Shown in pieces: positions 39,118 through 51,200 of a stretch of 64,000 bases of DNA. Source of the stretch: Paraphysomonas bandaiensis (taxonomy: Eukaryota > Protista > Chrysophyceae). Position 1 is the first letter of the stretch. Each line of letters opens with the position of its first letter. The stretch lies in contig CBFFRP010000319.1 in NCBI GenBank assembly GCA_965644295.1, forward strand, positions 62,001-126,000. The letters are read 5' to 3'. The position numbers and the translations under genes were made by a program. The notes beneath the pieces are model-generated. The model had not been told where the DNA came from. It saw nothing but the letters and a program-made list of their open reading frames with translations, and did no database searches.

Positions 39118-39596
39118 AACTAGTGCTGATAAGACATTCACTGCTGAAAGCATTGTAAAGTGATATTTATCTTCTCCATGGTTAATATTGTTTATGTACT
39201 TAGAAAAAAAACGTTATAACTCTATAAATTTTTGCTTTCCAAATTATGACTTGCACCATGCAATACGTTGTTATGTGTGTGTATGCACAACTAATGATAC
39301 TTCATATTGGCTACTTCAAGATGGTGTAATTCTCAAAATTGATATATATTTAATTCTATTGCAGTAATTGCTGTTAAACGATTAAATCAAATGACTCTTA
39401 AGTGTACTTCTTATTAAGAATGCGCAAAAGGAAAAGCAAGAATGACCAAGGCAAGAAAAAAGTTTACTTTTCAAACACTTGGACTGTGTTCTACAACTAC
39501 AACATCCTTTCAAACAATTCGCAATGTACGCCTAAAAACATCGCAGATACAGAAACTCTGGACGTCTCATCTGACACTGACCTAGTAGGTGACATT

Positions 39597-42500
39597 TCAA
39601 ACTTCTTGAGCAGGCAAAGAAGCATATTCCACACGACTGATATGGCTACGTACATTCCGCAACTCAATATTGATGTCATGGACACTATCAAAGAGCTTCT
39701 GCCAGCGCTCATTACGGAGGTTCTGCTGTCGTAGTTTGGATTTCAGCATTTCATCACTAACAACAGTCAGAATTACTCCAACAAGGACAATCAGCCATTC
39801 AAACCAGCGGGGTGGTGTAAGATGAAAAATATCCTGGACCCCAGGTACAAAAACGACAATGAATGTGCATGTTAGGCTAAATGTTATCGCCTTGATCATT
39901 GCGGGGTTCCGAAGGATATCATTATGAATGGCGAGACTGAACGACCTAGCGGTTAGTGGTCGAAAGCATTCCGCAAACGTAATGATCAAAAAAACCATTG
40001 TACGGGCAACCTTAAGTCCATCCTTCACGCAGTCTCCGGAGTTCACATCCACCCAGGTTCCATCAGAGGTTAACTGTGAGCACGTCGATATCAAGTCACC
40101 GTCACCGTTGTACATGTTGTCAATTAGTACGGTGCCAACGTTCCACCAGAGACCCATGAAAAACGTCAAAAGCATAAACACAACCAGGACCGTGGCATGA
40201 CCAAGAATACCTGCAACGATAACGCCTGAGAGTATCCTTTCGTTTTTTTTCCGGGGTGGCTGCCTCATAACATCGCCTTCAGGGTCTTCAATACTGAGTG
40301 CAACTGCTGGCATGCCATCAGTTATCAAGTTGATAAACAAAATTTGCAGCGGCTCCAGCGGGTTCGGCATCCCAATTAGAAGTGACAGCAAAATGACGAG
40401 AACTTGTGACCAATTCGTACCTATGAAGTACATGACAAATTTACGCAGATTGCTGTATATGGTTCGACCCATTTCAATGGCACCCACAATCGACGAAAAC
40501 TTGTCATCTGTTAATATCATATCGGATGCTGCTTTAGCGACCTCTGACCCAGCGATGCCCATCGCAATACCAATATTGGCTTGTTTCAGGGCAGGGGCAT
40601 CGTTTACTCCATCTCCAGTCATGCCACATACCTGGTTCTGTCTCTGAAACGACTTAACAATCTGAATTTTGTCTTCTGGGCGAGCACGCGCGAAGACAAA
40701 TGTGTGCCACGTGATTTCATCGATCTCCCTGGCACTAAGATAGTCTCCATTGGGCCGAAGCACAGAGCAGTCAACTGCACACTCTGTCTCATCCATGGCA
40801 GGGCTAAGAATATCGATCATCTTTGCAATAGCAACCGCAGTCTTAAGATAGTCACCAGTGATCATAACAGTACGAACGCCGCCTTTTTTCGCGCGTTGCA
40901 CGGATCTCTTGACTCCAGGACGAGGAGGATCCATCATTCCTATTAGTCCTGCAAACACCATATCCGTTACCAGAGAATTGAGCTTCTCCTCAGTTGTTTC
41001 GTTAGTCTCATCCTCACTGAGAGAATGGGAATCTGTGTGGCGGTAGCAAAAGGCGAGAACTCTTAGCCCCTGCTCGGAGAGACGATCAGCCTTCTCCACT
41101 ATAGTTCGACGCATCTCAGCAGTTAGATCAGACACTGAGTCTACTGACACACTCTCTTCGTCATTGAGTACATAGGTACACTTATTCAAAATAGTAAGAG
41201 GAGCTCCTTTAGCCAAGACGACTTTCTGGGATTCCAATTGCACTTTTTCTACAGGAACAAAGATACCAGTGCCCTTTTCTCCTATTTTGTTCACTGTGGC
41301 CATAATCTTGAACTTCGAGCTGAAAGGAATAGCTTGTTCACGGGTATTCATTTGCCTGAAATCCTCAGTGTCAATACCAAACTTACGAGTGGAAACCACT
41401 AAAGCAGCTTCTGTAGAGGTTCCAATCGGCACCCAACTTCCCTCCGCCTGGCGCACATCAGAATCATTACAAAGCGCGGCAATAGACATCGTGGCTGTGA
41501 GTGCACAGCCTCTACAATCCGTTTGCATAGATTTGCGTTCCTCATTCGTGCTAAAGACACCACCGTGGTTGGGGTTATATCCACTACCGCTAACGGTGTA
41601 CGTACGACCATAGGTACCTACGCAAGTCACAGTCATCTTTCCACTGGTCAAGGTCCCAGTCTTGTCACTGCACACAACAGAAGCAGAGCCAAGAGTCTCA
41701 ACAGCAGGTAGACGGCGAATCAGCACGTTTCTATCTGCCATAGCATGTGTTCCCAACGCCAAGCACATTACAACAACCAGTGGAAGCCCCTCAGGAATAG
41801 CAGATACTGCCATACTAACGGCAAGCATTAAACTTTGAAGCCACGGAGGATTATCCTCGTTATTCGGGTCACGGAAACCCCGAAGAATTCCAATAACGAT
41901 TACCAACACAGCACCACAAATAGCAAACCCAGTCATAATAAGACCTAGGTGGTGAATCTCGTCCTGCATTGGTGTTCGCTTTGGCTGTACACTGCTAATA
42001 TATCTCCTGATCGACGTGCAGCAGCTGGTTGCATCGATAGTTTCTTCGATGAGGGAAGACTTGACTTCCTCCTTTGTTTCTCCATCTTCAGAGTCCTCAT
42101 CAAATTCATCATCCGACAAGCCATTCTCAGGATCAGATGAGAAGCTATTGAGTCTGTTCAGGCGTCCTTGCATCTCTACTTCAAGCTCGTGCTTAACGTG
42201 GTGATCGTTACTTTGGTTCAGAAGTGATGCAATAGATCCCACTCTAGTACTCATGCCTGTCAATAGCACTACACCTTTCATGCGTCCCTCCACAACACTT
42301 GTCGATCCGTAAACCATGTTAACCGCAGTGAGCTTGTTTGTACTTTCGGCTTTCCCAGCTGCGGCACTCTTTGTGACCTCGGCAGACTCTCCAGTCAGAA
42401 TCATCTCATTGACCTTGACATGATGACACTCGATGATACGAATATCAGCAGGAACCAAATCACCAGGAGATAGTTCTACTATATCACCAGGAACAATGTC

Positions 42501-42995
42501 AGACGTTGACACAACTTCCACAATTCCATTGCGGCGTACATGAGAATGCGGGTCAGTTAGTTGAGCCAGGGCTTCAAGTGCATTCCCAGAAGAATACTCA
42601 GTGAAAGTAGCCACTGAAGCTGTAATGAATATTATAATGAATACTGCAATCCCTTCCACCAGTTCCCCAACAATGATAGATACCGTGGCAGCAATGATAA
42701 GTATCACAATTACAATATTGGCAAATTGAGATAAAAACAATAGCCACAATGGAATCCGCTTAGGCTTCGACAGCTCATTGGTACCGTATTGCTGTAATCT
42801 ATGTGCAGCTTCCTCAGATGATAACCCTTTCACAGGATCTGTCCCAAGGGCATCGAGGACATCATCAATAAGTGTCGTAGATGCAGCAAACCCAAGTCGT
42901 TCATCTGCAGAGATCGGTCCTTTCTGTTGATGTCCATGAATAAGATGTCCACATGTTTCTTCATCATTGATAATAGAAGTTGATTGTATTTCCAT
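39597..42995 (-). CDS. Type II P-type ATPase, ATP4-like (probable Na+ pump), intronless
   Basis: TGES, AIPEGLP, DKTGTLT, DPPR, TGDGVNDAPAL; features recalled for the ATP4 clade (FRDP loop, AVDCSVL, LQILFINLITDGMPAVAL). Confidence 0.88.
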   Translation of the reverse strand: MEIQSTSIINDEETCGHLIHGHQQKGPISADERLGFAASTTLIDDVLDALGTDPVKGLSSEEAAHRLQQYGTNELSKPKRIPLWLLFLSQFANIVIVILIIAATVSIIVGELVEGIAVFIIIFITASVATFTEYSSGNALEALAQLTDPHSHVRRNGIVEVVSTSDIVPGDIVELSPGDLVPADIRIIECHHVKVNEMILTGESAEVTKSAAAGKAESTNKLTAVNMVYGSTSVVEGRMKGVVLLTGMSTRVGSIASLLNQSNDHHVKHELEVEMQGRLNRLNSFSSDPENGLSDDEFDEDSEDGETKEEVKSSLIEETIDATSCCTSIRRYISSVQPKRTPMQDEIHHLGLIMTGFAICGAVLVIVIGILRGFRDPNNEDNPPWLQSLMLAVSMAVSAIPEGLPLVVVMCLALGTHAMADRNVLIRRLPAVETLGSASVVCSDKTGTLTSGKMTVTCVGTYGRTYTVSGSGYNPNHGGVFSTNEERKSMQTDCRGCALTATMSIAALCNDSDVRQAEGSWVPIGTSTEAALVVSTRKFGIDTEDFRQMNTREQAIPFSSKFKIMATVNKIGEKGTGIFVPVEKVQLESQKVVLAKGAPLTILNKCTYVLNDEESVSVDSVSDLTAEMRRTIVEKADRLSEQGLRVLAFCYRHTDSHSLSEDETNETTEEKLNSLVTDMVFAGLIGMMDPPRPGVKRSVQRAKKGGVRTVMITGDYLKTAVAIAKMIDILSPAMDETECAVDCSVLRPNGDYLSAREIDEITWHTFVFARARPEDKIQIVKSFQRQNQVCGMTGDGVNDAPALKQANIGIAMGIAGSEVAKAASDMILTDDKFSSIVGAIEMGRTIYSNLRKFVMYFIGTNWSQVLVILLSLLIGMPNPLEPLQILFINLITDGMPAVALSIEDPEGDVMRQPPRKKNERILSGVIVAGILGHATVLVVFMLLTFFMGLWWNVGTVLIDNMYNGDGDLISTCSQLTSDGTWVDVNSGDCVKDGLKVARTMVFLIITFAECFRPLTARSFSLAIHNDILRNPAMIKAITFSLTCTFIVVFVPGVQDIFHLTPPRWFEWLIVLVGVILTVVSDEMLKSKLRQQNLRNERWQKLFDSVHDINIELRNVRSHISRVEYASLPAQEV

Positions 42996-43731
42996 TTCAC
43001 AATAATATGAAAACAATAATTATGAACAAACATCTCGATCATTCTTAGCTCTGTTCCATCTATATATGGTAATATGGACATATTGTGACCAAAATTTGTT
43101 GAAATATATATTTTTTATAACAGTTTTATTGTCCCTTCTACCCATAGAAACATATGGTGATTATATATATCATTGCTGACGTTGATGATCTCTACAAATT
43201 ATGGTTCTAGTATTATTGTACCTACCTCCCCACTGGTTGGTAGTTAGATAGTCTAGAAGTTCGTGTACTGTTCTTACTCTGGAAATTGTATAACAACATG
43301 ACAACAGAAACTAAAATATAGCAGAAATATGGTGAAAAATAGGAAAATATGACCAAAATATGATGAAAAAAATATAATCCAAGAAAAATATTGTGGACTT
43401 TGCACTTTGTATAGAAAACAGTGGGAGGTTTTGGTTCTCCAGCAGTATAGAATCTATTGCTGTACTGTGTACAGCAGTACCATCCATGGAGTATGTACAT
43501 GAATGCCATTTCTGGTCTCAGATATTTTTGGATGCAGAATACATTGCAGAAATTTGCGGATTGTGGACCAACAGTGTGCGTATGATATCCAGATAGATAC
43601 ATGGGACACCAGCATACTGCTGTATGTGCAGTAAGTATCTCATATATATATATGTATATAGAGCTAGTATTTTAATATCTAGATAGTGAAATGGGACATT
43701 ACAGTGTTGTCAATCATTATTAAAAAAAGAT

Positions 43732-44952
43732 ATGGTGTGGACATGTTCGGTGTGCACTGTTGTTAATACTGATGATACACTGCGACAATGTCCTATTTGT
43801 GAAAATGAGAGAGACCATGATTTAGAGAGAGCTCTGGCGCTATCTACTCATGATGAAGTTAGGAGTCAGTCACCTGATGATATCGCAGTAGCTCTGGCGT
43901 TATCTACACTAGAGTCTGTTGAAGACACTGACCGTATTGTATTGGATGATATCAGCTTTGCAATGTCGCTGCAGATGGAGGAGGCTGACAGATATTCTCA
44001 GTTCCTTACAGACGAAAGAATAGCTAGTGCGATTCAAGGGGAGGATAGCGAAAACAGTGACTTGAAATGGACATGTGAGAGATGCAGCTACATTAATTCT
44101 ACAAGTCATAGTAGCTGCAGTATGTGCGAATCATCCCGTACTAATTCCAATACGGCCCCACTAATTCAGGATGATCCTCGGTACGTAGATGCTTTCAGTG
44201 GAATAGAATTTGCCTACCTGTTAGGCGAATTTAATGCTGCTGCTAATATTCCTCAACATAAAAGTCAAGGAAAGCCCAGTAGCGAAAAATCTATTTCAAA
44301 TATGGCTAGAACTATTAATCGGAAAGTTGCATCAAAGGGTAATAAAAATACTCCGATGGTCGACCTGCGCAATCTGGCGTCACACTCAGAGAATGTTCAC
44401 AACGCTGCAGTTGAGCAGGTGGCTATCGAATCCATAGACGAGTTGGTAAATCGCCCGCTTTTAGATGGGCAATCAATCGATTCTGTTATCGAGGAAGCCA
44501 AAGCATTATTGATGTATCAGCCGGCAGGACTTCCGATGGAGATAGCTCTAAAGGCTATAGAAGAACTCAATGATCAAAATACTTTACAATGTAGATTCAA
44601 GGGGAAATCTTTCCGTGTAGTATTTGCAGCGGTGTGGAATATTGCCAGTCGTCATAAAGACCGGGCGGAAATTATGAGGCGTGTGGCAGAGGAGGTCGCA
44701 GAAGGTGCTGACCAGTGCAATGGGGGGAAAATAGGGCGATTGGTGAACAGTCTAAGAGGTTTTATTAATATTGGGAACCAGTTAACGGAAACGGGGACTG
44801 GTGAAGCATTTCAGAATGCTTTTAGCGCAAGAGTACTCAGGATGGGATTGTCAGATGAAGAAAGGAGGAATGAAGCCGTTGTTGTGTTAGACGAGTATGG
44901 AATTACTGGAAAAGTAAGAGATGACTGGCTGGAGAGTGTAGCGATGCTTTAA
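43732..44952 (+). CDS. RanBP2/NZF zinc finger + UIM/MIU protein with C-terminal Cys-containing helical domain, intronless
   Basis: WTCSVCTVVN..CPICE and WTCERCSYIN..CSMCE; DLERALALS, DIAVALALS, DISFAMSLQMEE; C-terminal SENVHN...EEVAEGADQCNGGKIGRLVNSLRGF. Confidence 0.8.
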   Translation: MVWTCSVCTVVNTDDTLRQCPICENERDHDLERALALSTHDEVRSQSPDDIAVALALSTLESVEDTDRIVLDDISFAMSLQMEEADRYSQFLTDERIASAIQGEDSENSDLKWTCERCSYINSTSHSSCSMCESSRTNSNTAPLIQDDPRYVDAFSGIEFAYLLGEFNAAANIPQHKSQGKPSSEKSISNMARTINRKVASKGNKNTPMVDLRNLASHSENVHNAAVEQVAIESIDELVNRPLLDGQSIDSVIEEAKALLMYQPAGLPMEIALKAIEELNDQNTLQCRFKGKSFRVVFAAVWNIASRHKDRAEIMRRVAEEVAEGADQCNGGKIGRLVNSLRGFINIGNQLTETGTGEAFQNAFSARVLRMGLSDEERRNEAVVVLDEYGITGKVRDDWLESVAML

Positions 44953-45174
44953 ATTTAACAATGTTATAGTTGCTTGTCAATGTACACTTGTGTGTGTGTG
45001 GTAAGAATGATTTTACTGTGGACGAAATATCGTTGCACTTCAAAATATTGAATGCTTGTGCTTACGGTGGTATCTCAGCTCAAGTACAATGCATTGGTAC
45101 GATATTGTAGTGTGATGTATGAGCATAATATAAACTAAAGAAAAGAAGTTTTACACTTCAAGTATCCTCCTAAC

Positions 45175-45360
45175 TGTTGAGTTTTGCTGTTTGTGAGCAA
45201 TTAAAAGATTTAGTGTGTGTCAATCGCTACACTACGTGTAGATTATCTATATTTGCTAGTACACACTTTTGTTTTTGGGTGTCAATTTTTGATATAATTG
45301 GGTAGTTAAGACTTATTGCTTAGTTAACTGAACGTGTATTCACTCAATGTTCAATTATTA
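45175..45360. mobile_element. Fragments of both ends of family B LTR in opposite orientations
   Basis: TGTTGAGTTTTGCTGTTTGTGAGCAATTAAAAG (45175) and TAGTTAACTGAACGTGTATTCACTCA (45321) match the two ends of 8393-8717. Confidence 0.6.
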
Positions 45361-45849
45361 AAATTAATATGAATATTGCTTCTTATTCATTGTCATTCGC
45401 CAAATTCATACTATTTCAACAATCTTTTTATACGATGTTATATTTTAATATACACAGTAGTCTCGATCTTAGTCAGTATATACATAACACCAAAGGCTAT
45501 CGTGACAGCAAAATTACATCTGGTTATTAGTTAATAAGAGATGAAGAAACGTCATACCTAGGCAAACCGAAATAACTGCCCAATGTGGGCGGAGAACAAT
45601 CATAATATCTGGAACCCCTGCCCCATACTGACAGCGTAACTAACGGGTAACCTGCGGATTTCTTGCAAAGATTTTGAATGGACTTTGTGTCCATAAAGGT
45701 AGAAAGCATAAGTGAATTGTGTTTTCCTTACTATAACTAGTACAGCATATTATGCGTTGCTTGTTTTTTTTGTGTGTTTGGTATGCGTAGATATATAGGG
45801 ACGGGGTGCCCCATACTGACAGCGTAACTAATCACTGCGTGCGGCCCCC

Positions 45850-47160
45850 TAGTGGGTGCTGCTGAGTGTTGCGACCGCGCACTTCTATCTATGTACTGCA
45901 GAGAAGGAGCGCTGCCTCAGAACATATTCTGGTTTGCCGAAGCGGACATGGCCTCTATCCGCGACACATGTGATATTATTGCATGCATTGAATTTTTCTC
46001 GCTCCCTTGGAATGACACCATGGGAAGCATGGCATGGTCAACCCCCGACTATCGCCAATCTGCATGTATATGGCGACGAATGTTATTATCACAACCTACA
46101 TTTCTCGTCATCGCAAGGCGGTAACCCTGGCGAAATAGTTCGTTTTGTGGGATATGTCCCATACTCACGGTCCACGTACAAAGTGTATACTCCGAGCACA
46201 GGCATGGTCCTCGAGACTGCGGATGCCAGATTCATTCAGCATGCCTTTAAACTGGTGTCACCTTTCCAAGCACGGGAGCGGATTCATGATAAATCCGATG
46301 ATGAACTTGTACAGGAGGATGATACCGACGGGAATGATCCCTCCATACAGTGTCACAAACGCGATGTTATACATGAGCTTTACAAGAAATCTGTTGAAGC
46401 AGCCGACGGGTTAGCTACTTCAGAAATCGTGTTACAGCCGGCTCCCGATGTGGTCCCTCAGACTGAAGGTCGCTCCTTCACCTCGACGGTTACAACTTCG
46501 CGGCAGCCACGAGAAAGAGATACACACACTCCTATTGTGCGCCGATCGACGCGATCACGCAAGCCAGTCGAGCGACTTCTGTTCCATCTAGCTCTAGTGA
46601 CTACAGCATACTAGCCCACGATTATGGTTCATTCAGCTCCTGTTAGTGACAACAGCTATAATGTTTTTGCTGTTTTCGATGCTCCTCTATTCTATGCTGC
46701 TGCACAACGGAATGCAGATAATGCTAAATGGGAGGAAGCTATGCAAGAGGAGTTAACTGGACTCCAGGCGCAGGGAACATGGAAAGTCGTTGATATCCCC
46801 CATGATACAAACTTAATGATGCGATCAAAGTGGGTTTTCAAGAAGAAAACTGACAAAGATGGCAACATAGTGCGTTATCGAGCAAGAATCGTAGTCAAGG
46901 GTTACACGAAAATCCATGGTGTCGATTATGATGAGACATTCTCCCCTGTAGTTCGACATTCGACATTACGCATTGTTCTTGCATTATGTTCACCATTTGG
47001 ATGTGCCAAAGGCTTTTCCACAGTCTGACATTGACTATGATTGCTACATGTCAGCACCCCCAGCAGGCAGCAGACTCCCACGAGGCAAGTGTTATAAACT
47101 GCTAAAGTCACTCTATGGTCTTAAATAGGCTAGTAGACTATTTCATAATATGATGACTGC
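45850..47160 (+). mobile_element. Degenerate Ty1/Copia pol (integrase C-terminus + RT N-terminus)
   Basis: TPWEAWHG..P..LHVYG, FVGY, WEEAMQEEL..L....TW, SKWVFKKK, YRARIVVKGY, DYDETFSPV, LLKSLYGLK with stops and frameshifts. Confidence 0.9.
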
Positions 47161-47356
47161 ATTTTTATTATCCATATCATATCCACAATGAGGTAGTGGA
47201 TATGCTCGACTTACTGAGCAATGCTCTCAGTCGTGGTAAAAAGAGAAATGCATCAGAAATGGCTTTCAGCTCCAGAGACTCCCGGCTAGTGTCAGGTAAT
47301 AAGTAGTGGTTTTAGATACTAGAGTAGTAGAGTGTGTAGCTGGAGTACTATTGGGC

Positions 47357-47600
47357 TGTTGAGTAATAATCAGTTCATTCATTATATGTACAGTTAGTGC
47401 ATTTCTGTTACATGCGCAAGCAATAATGAGAACTAGATGGTACTGTAATGAACTATAAGATTAGGTGAAATTTATATATGCTCAAGATTTGCAGCAAACG
47501 CATGCATGTGTGTGTATGTCTAGATATTGGATATCCATCTCATTCTAACAGCTATACACTGCTATTTCACGACGTAGTTGTATCACATCATGCATCAACA
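47357..47600 (+). mobile_element. Probable 3' LTR of the upstream Copia remnant
   Basis: TGTTGA...TCAACA termini, 244 bp, just downstream of the pol remnant; no TSD, as expected for a non-solo LTR. Confidence 0.6.
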
Positions 47601-48209
47601 GGACATCTACTGTAAGTATGTAACTAGGGCTATTTTGTGTTAAAATCGTAGTGTTTCAACAGTTAAAATTGAAAGAGTGGCATTTTTTCCTAAATATAAT
47701 TTTTTCCTAACCCTAACCCTAATCGAATAGTTTTTGATTGGCTTAAATTTGATTGTTAAACAGACCCACACCTCAATTGGCTAAGGAGCGATTGGGGGAC
47801 AGCATATAAAACCCTAACCCTAACCAGGTATGCGTGACACTACCCCTTCTCCCTCCAGCTAGCGAGAAGAGATAAGAATACATATCTGGGATAGTTATAC
47901 GAGATACTTGTATCAGCCAATAAAGCGTCATTCCAAGCATTAACAAATAAATATCCAATTCATGAAATAAAAGTAATAAACATACGTAGAGCAATGTGAC
48001 AATAATATGGATGTCATATATGTTAATATAATCATGAGATATTATATGAATAATTATAGGCAACTACAGGAGAATGTTAGGATACTGCTGGCAGAATGCA
48101 ATATCCACCAATACCATAGTAGAAGGATCAAATTCCGTGACTCGACTATAGCAGTGGAAGTCATAGGCACTCCATTCATAAGTAGATTGGAACATAGGCT
48201 TTGTAAAGC

Positions 48210-51200
48210 CTAATCTATTTGATTAGGTTTAAGGAAAAATTGGAAGACGGGGCGTTTCGTCGGGGAACTTAGCACTGGTACTCTTGTTAGTGCAGCAGTA
48301 GGCTTCAGACTTGTAGGAGACAGGTGAGTTTGACCAGGAGGAAGAGTCGGGGATTGAGTTGGACTGCACGTTGGAGCAGCAGTAGGCTTCAGACTAGGTG
48401 TTCTTGTTGGGGACAGGGTCGGATCAGGAAAAGAGAACACCGGTCTCGCTGTGGGGCTATAAATGATGACGGGCCTCGTCGTTGGAGATTCAGTTGGGGT
48501 ATGAGTTTGACCAGGAGGAAGAGTCGGGGATTGGGTTGGACTGCGCGTTGGAGCAGCAGTAGGCTTCAGACTAGGTGTTCTCGTTGGGGACAGGGTTGGA
48601 TCAGGAAAAGAGAACACCGGTCTCGCTGTGGGGCTATAAATGATGACGGGCCTCGTCGTTGGAGATTCAGTTGGGCTGCTGTGAGGTTGACCAGGAGGAA
48701 GAGTCGGGGATTGGGTTGGACTGCGCGTTGGAGCAGCAGTAGGCTTCAGACTAGGTGTTCTTGTTGGGGACAGGGTTGGATCAGGAAAAGAGAACACCGG
48801 TCTCGCTGTGGGGCTATAAATGATGACGGGCCTCGTCGTTGGAGATTGAGTAGGACAGTGAGATTGACCAGAAGAAAGAGTCGGGGATTGGGTTGGACTG
48901 CACGTTGTTGTAGCAGTAGGCTTCAGACTAGGTGTTCTTGTTGGGGACAGGGTTGGATCAGGAAAAGAGAACACCGGTCTCGCTGTGGGGCTATAAATGA
49001 TGATGGGCCTCATCGTTGGAGATTGAGTTGGGCTGTGCGTTTGACCAATCGATGGTTTCACAGTCGGAACACAAGATGGAATATCAGATGGCACACCACT
49101 AGGAACAATCGATGGTTTCACAGTCGGAACACAAGATGGAATATCAGATGGCACACCACTAGGAACAATCGATGGTTTCACAGTCGGAACACAAGATGGA
49201 ATATCAGATGGCACACCACTAGGAACAATCGATGGTTTCACAGTCGGAACACAAGATGGAATATCAGATGGCACACCACTAGGAACAATCGATGGTTTCA
49301 CAGTCGGAACACAAGATGGAATATCAGATGGCACACCACTAGGAACAATCGATGGTTTCACAGTCGGAACACAAGATGGAATACCATTTGGAATAGCTGT
49401 CGGAGACACAGTAGGATTGCTTATTTTTGATGTCGATGGGAGAGAAGTAGGTGAAAAAGTAAAGCAGGAAACCGTGATCATCCGAAGCCCAGAATTATGG
49501 TCAGCGACATAGGCCACACCATCCAACACATACACACCAATGACTCTGTAAGGTGGGTAATATGAACCCAACAGAGTTGGCTGCGAGGGGTCAGATACAT
49601 CGATCGCATGAAGTCCCGAACTATCATCAGCAACATAGGCCACACCATCCAACACATACACTCCCCAGGCATAGCCAGGTGTGTCATAGGAACCCAACAG
49701 AGTTGGCTGCGAGGGGTCAGATACATCGATCGCATGAAGTCCCGAAATACCGTCAGCGACATAGGCCACACCATCCAACACATACACTCCCCTGGCATAG
49801 CCAGGTGTGTCATAGGAACCCAACAGAGTTGGCTGTGAGGGGTCAGATACATCGATCGCATGAAGTCCCGAACTACTGTCAGCGACATAGGCCACACCAT
49901 CCAACACATACACTCCCAAGGCATTGCCAGGTGTGTCATATGAACTCAACAGAGTTGGCTGCGAGGGGTCAGATACATCGATCGCATGAAGTCCCGAACT
50001 ACCGTCAGCGACATAGGCCACACCATCCAACACATACACTCCCAAGGCATTGCCAGGTGTGTCATAGGAACCCAACAGAGTTGGCTGCGAGGGGTCAGAT
50101 ACATCGATTGCATGAAGTCCCGAACCATAGTCAGCGACATAGGCCACACCATCCAACACATACACTCCCCAGGCATTGCCAGGTGTGTCATAGGAACCCA
50201 ACAGAGTTGGCTGCGAGGGGTCAGATACATCGATCGCATGAAGTCCCGAACCATAGTCAGCGACATAGGCCACACCATCCAACACATACACTCCCCAGGC
50301 ATAGCCAGGTGTGTCATAGGAACCCAACAGAGTTGGCTGCGAGGGGTCAGATATATCGGTCGCATGAAGTCCCGATCTATCGTCAGCAACATAGGCCACA
50401 CCATCCAACACATACACTCCCCAGGCATAGCCAGGTGTGTCATAGGAACCCAACAGAGTTGGCTGCGAGGGGTCAGATACATCGATCGCATGAAGTCCCG
50501 AAACATAGTCAGCAACATAGGCCACACCATCCAACACATACACTCCCAAGGCATAGCCAGGTGTGTCATAGGAACCCAACAGAGTTGGCTGCGAGGGGTC
50601 AGATACATCGATCGCATGAAGTCCCGAACTATCGTCAGCAACATAGGCCACACCATCCAACACATACACTCCCCAGGCATAGCCAGGTGTGTCATAGGAA
50701 CCCAACAGAGTTGGCTGCGAGGGGTCAGATACATCGATCGCATGAAGTCCCGAAATACCGTCAGCGACATAGGCCACACCATCCAACACATACACTCCCC
50801 TGGCATTGCCAGGTGTGTCATATAAACCCAACAGAGTTGGCTGCGAGGGGTCAGATATATCGATTGCATGAAGTCCCGAACCATAGTCAGCGACATAGGC
50901 CACACCATCCAACACATACACTCCCCAGGCATTGCCAGGTGTGTCATAGGAACCCAACAGAGTTGGCTGCGAGGGGTCAGATACATCGATCGCATGAAGT
51001 CCCGAACCATAGTCAGCAACATAGGCCACACCATCCAACACATACACTCCCCTGGCATTGCCAGGTGTGTCATAGGAACCCAACAGAGTTGGCTGCGAGG
51101 GGTCAGATACATCGATCGCATGAAGTCCCGAACTACCGTCAGCGACATAGGCCACACCATCCAACACATACACTCCCCTGGCATTGCCAGGTGTGTCATA

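Noticed and set aside
49470-51200. Diversity-generating retroelement acting on the LVIVD repeats
   Set aside because: The position 1-2 variation fits an AAN template, but no template repeat or DGR-type RT is in the window; the only RTs are decayed Copia. Selection plus gene conversion suffices.
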